A stretch of DNA of 64,000 nt from a virus (Duplodnaviria > Caudoviricetes). Position 1 is the first letter of the stretch, and each line of letters begins with the position of its first letter. A program made the position numbers and the translations under genes. The stretch lies in IMG/VR virus record IMGVR_UViG_3300046779_001679, positions 18,530 through 82,529 of that record; one strand, given 5' to 3'. This document shows, one piece after another, positions 34,539 to 44,800 of the stretch. The notes beneath the pieces were generated by a model, which was given only the letters and a program-made list of their open reading frames with translations, was not told the origin of the DNA and did not search any database.

Positions 34539-35205
34539 ATGCTGATCCGTCCGGAGCCGGTGGCATGTGAACTTTCCATGCATCGACTGAGGGAGTTTCT
34601 CCGGGCGCTGCACCGTAAGTTTGTGGCAAGTCGCGAAGTGCTTGTCTATATGCTTCCCATTTTGCTTTAACTGATTCTGGTGCATCAGCAGGAGCAATAT
34701 GATCGATAGCAGTTAACGCATGGTTTCTCCATTGACGCACTGTTTCCCAATCACTATGTGGTTTTTTCCACGGATAAGGAGTAACAAACGAATTAGTTGA
34801 TGGGCTGTATTCAATGTCCATTAATTCGTATGTGTGATCAGGTGGAGGAGTTTGTGGGCGCTTATAAACATTACCATCGGGTAATTGTTCTTCGATCTGA
34901 TCTAACAAATTATAATCGCGAATCTCATCTGCACCAACTAGTGTGCATAGTAACGGATTAGTTGTGCAATCAACAAATACTTTAACCATATCCATAGGAG
35001 TAGGATAATGCTCTCCATCTTCTTTTTCTGTTAAAAAGCGACCTGCATAACGATTAGTTTCTGCATTAACTAGAATCCAGATCTTATCAGGACCGTTATA
35101 AACCCAATTACCAGTTTTACCTAATTCATTTGTTTGGTACAAATAATCGTCGGGCGCATCGTAAGTAAAAGGTACGTCTACGTGTTTATTTTCTTTTTCT
35201 TCCAT
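34537..35205 (-). CDS. Protein with a C-terminal phage tail-fibre assembly chaperone-like domain (paralog of 36737-37378)
   Basis: W..VR..RN..L...D......W..YRQALRDLP; shares P.PDHTYEL..IE and PYPWK with 36737-37378. Confidence 0.7.
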   Translation of the reverse strand: MEEKENKHVDVPFTYDAPDDYLYQTNELGKTGNWVYNGPDKIWILVNAETNRYAGRFLTEKEDGEHYPTPMDMVKVFVDCTTNPLLCTLVGADEIRDYNLLDQIEEQLPDGNVYKRPQTPPPDHTYELMDIEYSPSTNSFVTPYPWKKPHSDWETVRQWRNHALTAIDHIAPADAPESVKAKWEAYRQALRDLPQTYGAAPGETPSVDAWKVHMPPAPDGSA

Positions 35206-35218
35206 GTTTTACCTCTGA

Positions 35219-35971
35219 TTAACCGTATGTAATAGAAACTGCGCCACCTGCACCCCAGCTTCCACACCAGCAGTTACCACCGTGTGCTTGAGCACTTAGT
35301 CCTCCGCCGCCCGGGAATGCAGTGCAAGGGAACCAACCTGTGCAGTTACCGTTTGCTGATCCGTTGATACAACCGCCGGGGCCTGTTTGAGGACCGGACT
35401 GGGCCATAGGGGCCATTGAAGCTAGCTGTTGAGGATATTGAGCACACCAAGTACTAGAAGTCATACTACTTTGCATACCGTGAATACAAATATCTCCACC
35501 GAAAGCACAGCAGCAATATGGATAAGGAATACTACATGTATAGCATCCATAATACATAAAGCAGTGAGTATCACCGTAAGAACCGCCTTTTGCACAGAAG
35601 TTAGTTAAACCGTAACCCTGTACCCAGCTATCAAATCCAGGGCATCCTAAACATCCCGGAGTCATACCTGTTGTACTTGCTGCACAAACTGTCCATTGAC
35701 AACCGCCTAATGTTCCTGTAACTGTTTTTACTGTATAAGCACCAGAACCGCCTGGGTAACCTTGCATACAGCAACATGCTCCGGCGCCACCGCCGCCGCC
35801 TCCCCACACTTCAAAAGTTACCCATGAAGTCCCTGCAGGTGCAGTAAATTGGCAACAACGTCCACCATTCGAAGGTGTGTTAACACTAGTGTTATAAACA
35901 ACAATTTCTGTTGGATAGTTAGACGCAGCTGGTAGTGTTAATGTATGTAATAACGATCTTAAATCTGACAT
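35219..35971 (-). CDS. Cys/Gly-rich adhesin-like protein, paralog 3 (250 aa, 23 Cys by hand count)
   Basis: FEVWGGGGGGAGACCC, GGSGAY, FPGGGG, WGAGGAV.ITY. Confidence 0.7.
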   Translation of the reverse strand: MSDLRSLLHTLTLPAASNYPTEIVVYNTSVNTPSNGGRCCQFTAPAGTSWVTFEVWGGGGGGAGACCCMQGYPGGSGAYTVKTVTGTLGGCQWTVCAASTTGMTPGCLGCPGFDSWVQGYGLTNFCAKGGSYGDTHCFMYYGCYTCSIPYPYCCCAFGGDICIHGMQSSMTSSTWCAQYPQQLASMAPMAQSGPQTGPGGCINGSANGNCTGWFPCTAFPGGGGLSAQAHGGNCWCGSWGAGGAVSITYG

Positions 35972-35980
35972 TCTTATTCC

Positions 35981-36733
35981 TTATTTGTATGTAACAACAA
36001 CTAGTCCGCCAGCACCCCAGCCACCCCAGCAGCATCCGCCATAAGAAATAGCTGTACCACCACCACCGCCTGGGAATGAGTTAAATCCGCCTGCTAAATC
36101 GCAGCCCATCCAAGATTCACCGCAGTGTGTTCGAGAAATTCTAGATCCAGCACCAATAGAAGGACCGCTAGGAATATATGTCCATGAGTCAAATCCGCAC
36201 CATGATTGGTGTGCGCTACCTTGTGTTCCGCAAATTGACCAGTCATGGCCACATGTGCTGCCACAAATGTTTGTTGCACAGTGATAGTTTCCGCCAATAG
36301 CTGCCCAGCAGCATGACGCTCCACCTTCTCCACCGCTTGCACATAAATTTAAAGGGTATGTAGCAGAACCGTTACATGCGTAAGACGGAAATCCATTTGT
36401 ACCGCAGTTTGCTTGTGAACAGCAACCTGAGCCTGCGGCACATAATGTATATTGTTGTCCAGGAACTACACGAATAGTTCTACGGGCATATGATCCTGAT
36501 CCGCCACCTTTTGATGGTTGCTGACAGCAACATGCTCCGCCGCCGTCACCTCCACCACCCCATACTTCAAATTTAGCCCAAACTGTGCCCGCAGGTACTG
36601 TCCAAAGACAGCATCTGCCACCGTTGTTAACGTTTCCGGTAGAAGTATTATAAACATATAATATGTTTAAATTATTCGAAGTATTAACGATGTTATATTT
36701 CGTGTCCGGAAATAACGATCTTAAATCTGCCAT
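35981..36733 (-). CDS. Cys/Gly-rich adhesin-like protein, paralog 2 (250 aa, 22 Cys by hand count)
   Basis: FEVWGGGGDGGGACCC, GGGSGSY, FPGGGGG, WGAGGLVVVTY. Confidence 0.7.
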   Translation of the reverse strand: MADLRSLFPDTKYNIVNTSNNLNILYVYNTSTGNVNNGGRCCLWTVPAGTVWAKFEVWGGGGDGGGACCCQQPSKGGGSGSYARRTIRVVPGQQYTLCAAGSGCCSQANCGTNGFPSYACNGSATYPLNLCASGGEGGASCCWAAIGGNYHCATNICGSTCGHDWSICGTQGSAHQSWCGFDSWTYIPSGPSIGAGSRISRTHCGESWMGCDLAGGFNSFPGGGGGTAISYGGCCWGGWGAGGLVVVTYK

Positions 36734-36736
36734 AAT

Positions 36737-37378
36737 TTATCCTGCCTGTCTTGTAAATGGCTCTTGAGGGAACGGTACTTTCCATGGATCAATGCCAGCA
36801 AATGTTGTTGTAAGATCTCGTAGTTTTTGTCTGTATTCTTCCCAAACCGGTTTATCTGTGTCCGATGCTTGACCGTAACGTATATCACTTGCGCCTAATA
36901 ATGTATTTCTAACATTGATTAATTCTTCCCAAGTGACATGAGCTTGTTTCCAAGGATACGGTTTTACTGTTTCTTTAGTTTCTAAATTAACTTCAATTTC
37001 AGTTAGTTCGTATGTATGATCGGGAGGAGTTGGATCTGGGCAACCATAAGTACTTCCGTCTGGTAAAACTTCAACGGTATGTGTTAAATCTGCATAAACC
37101 TGTTCGCTATGGAATAAGCTAGCTAACACAGGATCTAATTCTGCGTCAATTGCTATCTTTGTCATTCCTGCTGGTGTAGGAACGTCAGCTCCGTTGTCTT
37201 TTTCTGTATAGTGAAATCTACTAGAAATTTTTCTAGTCTCATTATCAACAAACGCCCACAAGTATCTTGGACCAGTGTAAGTCCAAGTTGCTGTCTTCTT
37301 CAAGCTATCTGATTGAGACAAATAGCTGTCAGGAATGTTGTATGTAAATGTTTTTTCAATGTTTGTGTTTTCTGCCAT
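36737..37378 (-). CDS. Protein with a C-terminal tail-fibre assembly chaperone-like domain (paralog of 34537-35205)
   Basis: WEEL..VRN.LL..SD......W..YRQKLRDL. Confidence 0.7.
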   Translation of the reverse strand: MAENTNIEKTFTYNIPDSYLSQSDSLKKTATWTYTGPRYLWAFVDNETRKISSRFHYTEKDNGADVPTPAGMTKIAIDAELDPVLASLFHSEQVYADLTHTVEVLPDGSTYGCPDPTPPDHTYELTEIEVNLETKETVKPYPWKQAHVTWEELINVRNTLLGASDIRYGQASDTDKPVWEEYRQKLRDLTTTFAGIDPWKVPFPQEPFTRQAG

Positions 37379-37388
37379 TTTTTACCTC

Positions 37389-38141
37389 TTATTGTCCATA
37401 AGTAATCAATACTAATCCGCCGGCTCCCCAACCACCGAAGCAACATCCACCGCCGCAAGCACGCGAGTTTGCACCCGGTCCGCCTGGCCATCTAGATGGA
37501 TAATAATCGTTACCGTTACGTGTTAACTGTGTAGTACAGTATTCCATACCTACTCTAAAAGTGTTACCGTATTTGGCAGTCCCTGCTTGGCCAGTCCACT
37601 GGTTACTCCAGCAGTAGTTTGACTCTTTAGCAATGCTATTAATAGAAGGAGCTTGGAAATCTCCACTGCTTGTGCATCCATAGCTGCACGACGGAACGCA
37701 AATACCGGTACATCCTTGGTAGGATCTAAAGCATAAAGTACAGCCCATATAGCCGCCACCGGCGCAGGTTGCCATAGTGCCGTTTTGGCAAACTACCCAA
37801 CTTGGATATCCGCATTGGCCGCAACATGTAGTTGCACAGCATCCTGACCCTGCTGCACATACACAAAAATATGTACCAGCAGTTACTGTAAGTTGTTTTT
37901 TAACATAGTTACCAGAACCTGGTCCCCAGTAGTTACCCATACAGCAGCAAGAACCTGCACCATCGCCGCCACCTCCCCATAATTCAAAAATAGCCCAAGT
38001 AACGCCCGTTGGAACTACCCAGCAGCAACATTGTCCGCCATTTGTAACACTTTGAATGTTAGTGTTATAGATAGCTAGTTGTTGTTGAGTAAAGTTCGAT
38101 GTAAACGTTGTATTAGGCAAAAGATCGCGTAATGATGACAT
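37389..38141 (-). CDS. Cys/Gly-rich adhesin-like protein, paralog 1 (250 aa, 26 Cys by hand count)
   Basis: FELWGGGGDGAGSCCC, GPGSGNY, WPGGPG, WGAGGLVLITY. Confidence 0.7.
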   Translation of the reverse strand: MSSLRDLLPNTTFTSNFTQQQLAIYNTNIQSVTNGGQCCCWVVPTGVTWAIFELWGGGGDGAGSCCCMGNYWGPGSGNYVKKQLTVTAGTYFCVCAAGSGCCATTCCGQCGYPSWVVCQNGTMATCAGGGYMGCTLCFRSYQGCTGICVPSCSYGCTSSGDFQAPSINSIAKESNYCWSNQWTGQAGTAKYGNTFRVGMEYCTTQLTRNGNDYYPSRWPGGPGANSRACGGGCCFGGWGAGGLVLITYGQ

Positions 38142-38152
38142 GTCTGTTTACC

Positions 38153-38473
38153 TTATTTTAGAATTGTCCAACCGAGTGCAGTGCTGTAAACCAGTGTAAC
38201 AGTTGAGTTATTAACGTTAATTGTTAAGTTTTCTGCTAAGTTCTGAATGTTAGCGCCGTTTCTTGCTACAGTAATATTGTTAGACCCGCTAACACCTGCT
38301 GCATCAGTAATTTGTACGGTATCACCGTCTAACAAACTTCCTGCTGCTGGCAAAGTAATAGTAAATCCACCTGCTGTACAAAGAATACGATCGTTAACTT
38401 GAGCACTATAAGCACTGCTAATTACTCTAGTTACAGATCCAGCTGTACCAGTTGTTGTAATATATCTTCCCAT
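38153..38473 (-). CDS. Stand-alone T4 gp34 N-terminal-repeat-like fibre domain
   Basis: ITLPA....GD.V.I.D..G....NNITVARNG..I....E.L......VTLVY....GW; late box overlaps the upstream stop at 38495-38500. Confidence 0.55.
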   Translation of the reverse strand: MGRYITTTGTAGSVTRVISSAYSAQVNDRILCTAGGFTITLPAAGSLLDGDTVQITDAAGVSGSNNITVARNGANIQNLAENLTINVNNSTVTLVYSTALGWTILK

Positions 38474-38497
38474 GTGATTAGTCCTTTATCAGTATAT

Positions 38498-38818
38498 TTA
38501 TGACGTTGGCGTCTCAATTCCAAACGCCACTGCTGATGTGTTGCCTGTATTAGCGTAAACTACTAAATTGCGGCCTGCTTCTAGAACTAAACCAGTTCTT
38601 TCTAGCACACCCTTTGGTAGAATTTCTGTATCGTATTCGATCCATTCAGCTGCCGTTGGTGATGATGTAGCAGAAAGTGCAACTCTAGCAGTAATTGCAG
38701 AGTTACTTCTGTTACAAATCGATATTGTTGCTACTGCAAACGTATTTGATGGGCATGTATAAACAACCGTGTTTGTAGCGCCGGTTAAGTTTGATGTTCC
38801 CAAAACTCCTGTTGCCAT
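38498..38818 (-). CDS. Small (106 aa) beta-sandwich virion protein, family member 1
   Basis: Shares the VY.......I.ICN.....V.L....I.......L...G.VL...L.V pattern with 53190-53519 and 61884-62201. Confidence 0.65.
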   Translation of the reverse strand: MATGVLGTSNLTGATNTVVYTCPSNTFAVATISICNRSNSAITARVALSATSSPTAAEWIEYDTEILPKGVLERTGLVLEAGRNLVVYANTGNTSAVAFGIETPTS

Positions 38819-38830
38819 ATTTTTTCTCCA

Positions 38831-41800
38831 TTATCCTAAAAGTAAGAAGTCCATTGCGACTGGCAACCCATTAATACCGCCAGTAAAATTCATGGTAGCT
38901 GAAACATTAATTTGTACACCAGTAGTAGTACTAATACTATTACCAGCAATATAAATTACACCAGCTGTTAGTGTATTTACGTTCAATGCACTTGATCCGC
39001 CGCCAATTTGTGACGCAATGTATGCCTTAATCGCTTTTTGTGTCGGAACAATATTATCACTGTTTGCAGTAAAATATTGATCTGTTGAGAACTGGGTAAT
39101 TGTTGCGCCAGTTCCGCCAAGTGCAACTGAACCTAGTGTTAATGAGTTCAAACCAGCTAAGTTGAAAGCATCAGCATTAATGCTTGCGACACCAGTTGCC
39201 TGTTCAACGGAGAACAGTGTACCTACTCTAAAGTTACCGTCTTGGTCAGTACTTGTATAGAATACACGACCGCCGCCATTTCCTACAGTTTCCTTACTAG
39301 GATCTGGAAGTTGTAACGGTGTATTTGGATAGTTAGTTGTTGTTACGTTACCAGTACCGATACTTAAGAAGTCATGGCCAGTTAATCGAACTTGACTATA
39401 CTTGAGCCTTAGTGTAATGCCAGTGCCGTGGGCAGGAGCATTACCTGCTACTAAGTCTGGGCTGATTTGGAATCTAGCTGTATATGGACTAGATCCACCT
39501 GCCCCATTACCTTGTGTACCTAAGTAGTTAGTAACTTGAACTAACTTGTAATAGTTGCCGTTTAGAGCAATTTGAATGTTTGATCCAGGTGTTGGTTGCT
39601 CTAACAAACCTGCTACGTTAATAAAGTAACCAGTTTGATATTGATCTGCGTACCCGTTACCTTCGACTGTTGCAATAGCAGTAGCATATTGCAAGCCTCT
39701 GTTAACAAAGTTAGGACTTGCAAGAACACCGTTACTAGATCTAACTTGCCATGTTGCGCTCGATGTTTGGTTAGGATCAATAATTTGAATTGTTGGTGCC
39801 GACGGATAACTACTACCTGGCTCAACAACTCTAAATTCGCTAATCTCACCGTTAGTAACTTTTACACGGCCTTGAGCTGTGCAGCCTAAGTTTAGATAAT
39901 TAGTAACAGAAGTGTTTGCCGATGATAACACAACCCATACTGGGCTTGAATTTGGGTTACCGTAAGCGACTTGATACCAGTTAAATGTTGTTGTTAAAGA
40001 ACGTTGCTTCCAGTTAATACCGTCGTCTGATGTAGTAATGATATTGCTAGAAGATGCTGTTGCACAGAAAACGCCTGCGCCGTAAACAACTTTTTGCCAG
40101 GAAGCAGTACCTAGACCGTTGTTTGTAGATAATGTCCAATTAATACCATCTTTAGAGTATGCAAATGCTGACGATCCAGTTGCAACTGCAACAAACAATC
40201 CTTTACCAAATGTTACACTTACCCAACCAAGTGTTGCTGGTAGGGTTCTGCTGACCCAAGTAACTCCGTTGTCGCTACTTGATGCTGCTTGATTTGTGCC
40301 ACTATTAACTGTAACATATACTCCATTACCATAAGCAAGTCCAGTCCATGCTCCGCTAGCAGGAAGTGTGCCGCCTGCTGTCCACGATGCTCCATTTGTA
40401 GAGTATGCTGTGCTTGTTGAACTACTACGTACTGCTACAAACACTCCTCTTCCGTAAGTTAATCCAGACCAACCTCCAGAAGATGGCATGTTTCCACCTG
40501 TTATCCATGCAGACGTCGGATCATCAGTGTATTCGCAAATATTGCCGGCGCTAATTGCTACCCAGCGTCCTGCACCATACGCCATGACGTTCCAAAATAC
40601 ATTATTAGTTCTTGAGCCGCCACTAACAAAAGATGAACCAGTTGTGCTAATTGCAGTGCTAGTACCATTCTCAGGAAGAGCAACAAAATATCCGCCAATG
40701 CCTGTACCTGTGTAGGTAAAGTTTTGTATTGCACCAGTACTTGCATTAACATCGTTAACAGTAATAGTTAAATTGTTAGCAGGTGCTGTGCCGCCAAGGC
40801 TTGTTCCTAGGATAGTTAATACATCGCCGTAACTATACCCAGTTCCTGGATTGTTAGATGTAACAGCATATGATACACCTGTTCTTACAATAGTAAATGT
40901 AGCGTTTGCGCCAGTGCCGCCTGTTGCAGAAACGCCAACTGAACCAGCACCATTATAAGTTTTAATAGTATCACCGTAAACTAGATTGAAATACGATCCA
41001 GCTACAATTGTGCCTTCTGTTGCAGTGTATGCAGGACTTGTAAACTTAACACGTGGTTCAATAATATAAGCGGTAGTTAAATCAAGTGCTGATACAATTG
41101 ATGTACCTGGAATAATGTGATCCCAGCCAACTGCATGTAGCTCTAATGGGCCACCGCCTGATCCAGTACCAACGGTAATCGCTGTTCCACCTACACCAGT
41201 TGACAGGCTAAATGTATTTCCGACGATGTTAACGACATAATAATTAGTGCCAACTGCTACACCTGACATACCTGTTAGTAGAGTTCCGACTAACTGTACT
41301 CTCATATTTTCATATAAGGTTGTAGCATCTGCTACAGTAAATGTAACCGAGCTAGTAGATTGGATAGCAAGAGGTGTAAAACTTTCTTTACCAATTGTAC
41401 CTGATTTTGTACCAGAATTATATGTTAAGAAATATCCAGTTTGTCCAGAACCAGTTCCACTAGTAATAATGATTCTCATACCAACATATGCAGCACTAAT
41501 TGCACTATCAGTTGCAGCAATAGTAATGCTTGTTGCTGATCCGCCTTGAGCTACGTTAGCGATAGATGCATGATCAGCACCACTGCTTAGAATTCGACTT
41601 TCAAATACTCCACCGTCACGGAATTCTGGAGTGTATGCGTCAACTTCAACGTTATATCCAGTACCGCTAACACTAAATGTTGCAGAGTTATAGTTTGAAC
41701 CTGCGTTAGTAAATTCAAGTCTACTTACAGTGTCAACACCGTCAGTAACTACTAAGCCAACTTGTGCTTCATAATAACGGTTATTAACTGTTGCAGTAAT

Positions 41801-44800
41801 TGGCACTTCATAAGTGTCAACACCTTCTGCTAACGATCCATATGTTCCGTAAGAGTTGTTACCGTTTGTAGCACGGATTTTTCCACCTAATTCGGCCAAA
41901 TAACCGGCATAGTTGTAATAACTAAACACAGATACAAGTTCTGTTAATGCATTAGAGCCAGTACACCATACACCAATACCGTCGCTCAATACTTGTGTAA
42001 AGTCGTTTGACACGATTGAACGGTTACCTGCGCTGTGTAACGCACCGTCGATCTTGCATCCAACACATCCTGTACCAAATGTAGTTACGTTTTGTACGTA
42101 TGGAGAACGAGGTGTAATCCATACATTGCTGTCTGTTGGACCGTAACCAGGATCTAGAGATGCATAAGCACCTGCGGTTGGACGTTGTGTTCCGTAAGCA
42201 TTTGCAGTACCTAATACACCATTTAAACCATTCAATGTCATATTACGAAGGCCTGTGCCGTTACGTAAGTAGAACATATCAGATAATTGTGATCCAGTAA
42301 TGGCATGATTATACAATGTTGCAGCTCTTATTGACTTATAGTTACCTAAGTAGTTGATGTCATAAATCAATGCATCAATATATGCTGCCATATCTCTCTT
42401 ACAAGCAACTTCGTCAAAGCTGTAAGATACTGTCATAGAACCACTAGCAGTAATTACTTCAAATACTGTTGAAGATCCCTGGATTGGTGTAAGAGTAAAG
42501 GTAACTAACGACGGTGTTGTTAGAACATAGTAAGTTGTACCAGAAGTTACATTTCCAAATAAAGATCCGCCAGTAAATTTAACAGGATCACCAACAGTTA
42601 AGTTATGTGCAGACGATGTTGTAAATTCGTTTGTTCCAGATGTTGTATTTGTAACAGTGCCACCGAAGCTAGCATTAACCCATGCAGTAGCTTCGTTTGA
42701 TAAGAATGATTTATTGATTCTTAAAATTTCAGCGCCATTGATAGTAGCTAGTACATTGTTATATTCATTAGTGCCACATGTTTCAACATTTCCGCCGACG
42801 GTACCTGTAATAGAACCGGTTGCGTCTACGTTAGTCATTGCATTTCCGCCATACGTATTAGTAATTCGAATTGTCGTTGCATCGATAATCGAATGAATCC
42901 AGTATTGCTGGTTTGCTACAATCATGCCTAGTGAACCTGCAAACTTAACTGGAAGACCTGCGTAAATTCCAGTAGTCGACGACACAATAATATTGCCGCC
43001 AACTACTGTATCTGTGACAGTAATTGTAATAACGCCGGCAATAGTTTCAATAATATCGTTAATAGTTTCAACAGCTTGTGCTGCTGATCCATATGCTGCA
43101 ATTCGTTTTGCTTTTTGTGCAATAAAATTAATCGCACCAATTTCAGCAGCAAGCTGGGTGTTGAGCACCTCTTGAGCTGTTGCTCGGTGATATGCCATAC
43201 CCGCCTTGATACTATTAAAATTTGTACCAAATAATACGTCGTATGCTATAGCTTCAACAATTAAACCAGCATCTCTTGAGCATAAGGCCGAATTAAAGTT
43301 CATTGATTGGTAGAACTTGTTAACCCAAGCAACTGTGTCTGATTGAATTTCACTCTTAGCAGCAATCAATGCGTTAAATGCATTTTGTAAATCAGAGCTA
43401 AATGTATATGCTGGATATGCTAGGACTGACGGGCTTGTTCCGCCGCTAGTAATTGTTGCAATAATTTCATCAATTCTTGCTTGTGCAAATGTTGACGATT
43501 CTGCAGAGCCAGCAGTACCGCCTGTGTTTTGAACCAGTGCTGTTGATTTAGTCCAACTTGTATTTTCTGTGATTACATAACCAACAACGTCAGCTAAATG
43601 GTTGTATGCTGCAATTACTTCATCCTTTTCTCCTGCGCCATAAACTCCTGCGCCGTTGGAGAAATATGCATTAGCTGCAATTCTAGTTTGATAGTTGCCT
43701 CCGTATGTTAGGTCATAAATTAATGCGTCAATGATGTAACCAACATCGGCTTCGCAAGAAGCAGTATTGTAAGTAAAGGATCCAGTAAATGGAGCAATTG
43801 ACCCAGCAACTTGATCTGCAATCCATTCGGTAATTTCGTTAATAATAAATGTTTTGTTTAGAAGTAACTGGTCTTTTGCATCACCGTATCCAATTAGGAT
43901 AGAAGTATTATAACCAGTGTATTCAGTATACTCAAAGTCTGGTAAAGAACCAATACCGTTTGCCACAATTTCAGCAACAGTACCTGCACTCTTAAGAACG
44001 GATGCTACAGCACTCGTGCTTCCAGTATTTCCAACAATGTTTGATAGGTATTGTTGAGTTTCAGTATTTCCACTAGTTGGAGTTATTGGGTTATTTAAAA
44101 CTAAGTCAGGAATAATGTTTTTAATTCTATTCAGAACGCTGATAGTTTTTGGTTTATCGTTAACCAAGTTTGTGTTTGCCGGTGCTGGCTGAACAACGCT
44201 TGAGCGTAATTCGTCACCTACAATTGCTGTGTTTCTAGGAACAACAATTGGTAATACTTCGTTGTATGTCCCTGTCTTTACACTAATAGTTGTTCCAGGG
44301 TTTACTACAGCTGGAATAGCACTAGTTGTACCAGCTTCGAGGCCAGTAATAACAATGTCGACTAAGTTACTAGTAATAGTTGATGCGTTTTCTTCTGCTA
44401 CTAAACTAAGATCTACAATTTGTATAGCTTGGTTAGCTAATAATACACCATTTAAATCCTGATAGTTTACTGCTGGTGCAGTATTGCTAACTACATTTTC
44501 GATCAATGTTTTTACGTATTCTAAAGTGCCAGTAAATGCTGGAATGTCATAGTCATTAACACCAGCTACATAATCGTTGCCAGCAGCATTAAAATATGCA
44601 AGTGCAGTAGTAGTAGTTTGTAAAGTTCCGCTATGGCTTAGGTCAAATGCTACAGCATCAACCATAATTCCGGTATCTCGTTCAGTTGAGGCTTCGCTAA
44701 ACACAAATGTTCCAGTCATTGATCCAGCACCTGCTGACAACGAACGAGCTCCACCGCCTAAAGTATTAGAAACTTTGAAACTTGTATTTGCAGTAATGCT

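Noticed and set aside
35219-38141. Diversity-generating retroelement acting on the Cys-rich paralogs
   Set aside because: No reverse transcriptase in the window and no near-identical template/variable repeat pair with adenine-specific differences seen; the paralogs are diverged throughout.
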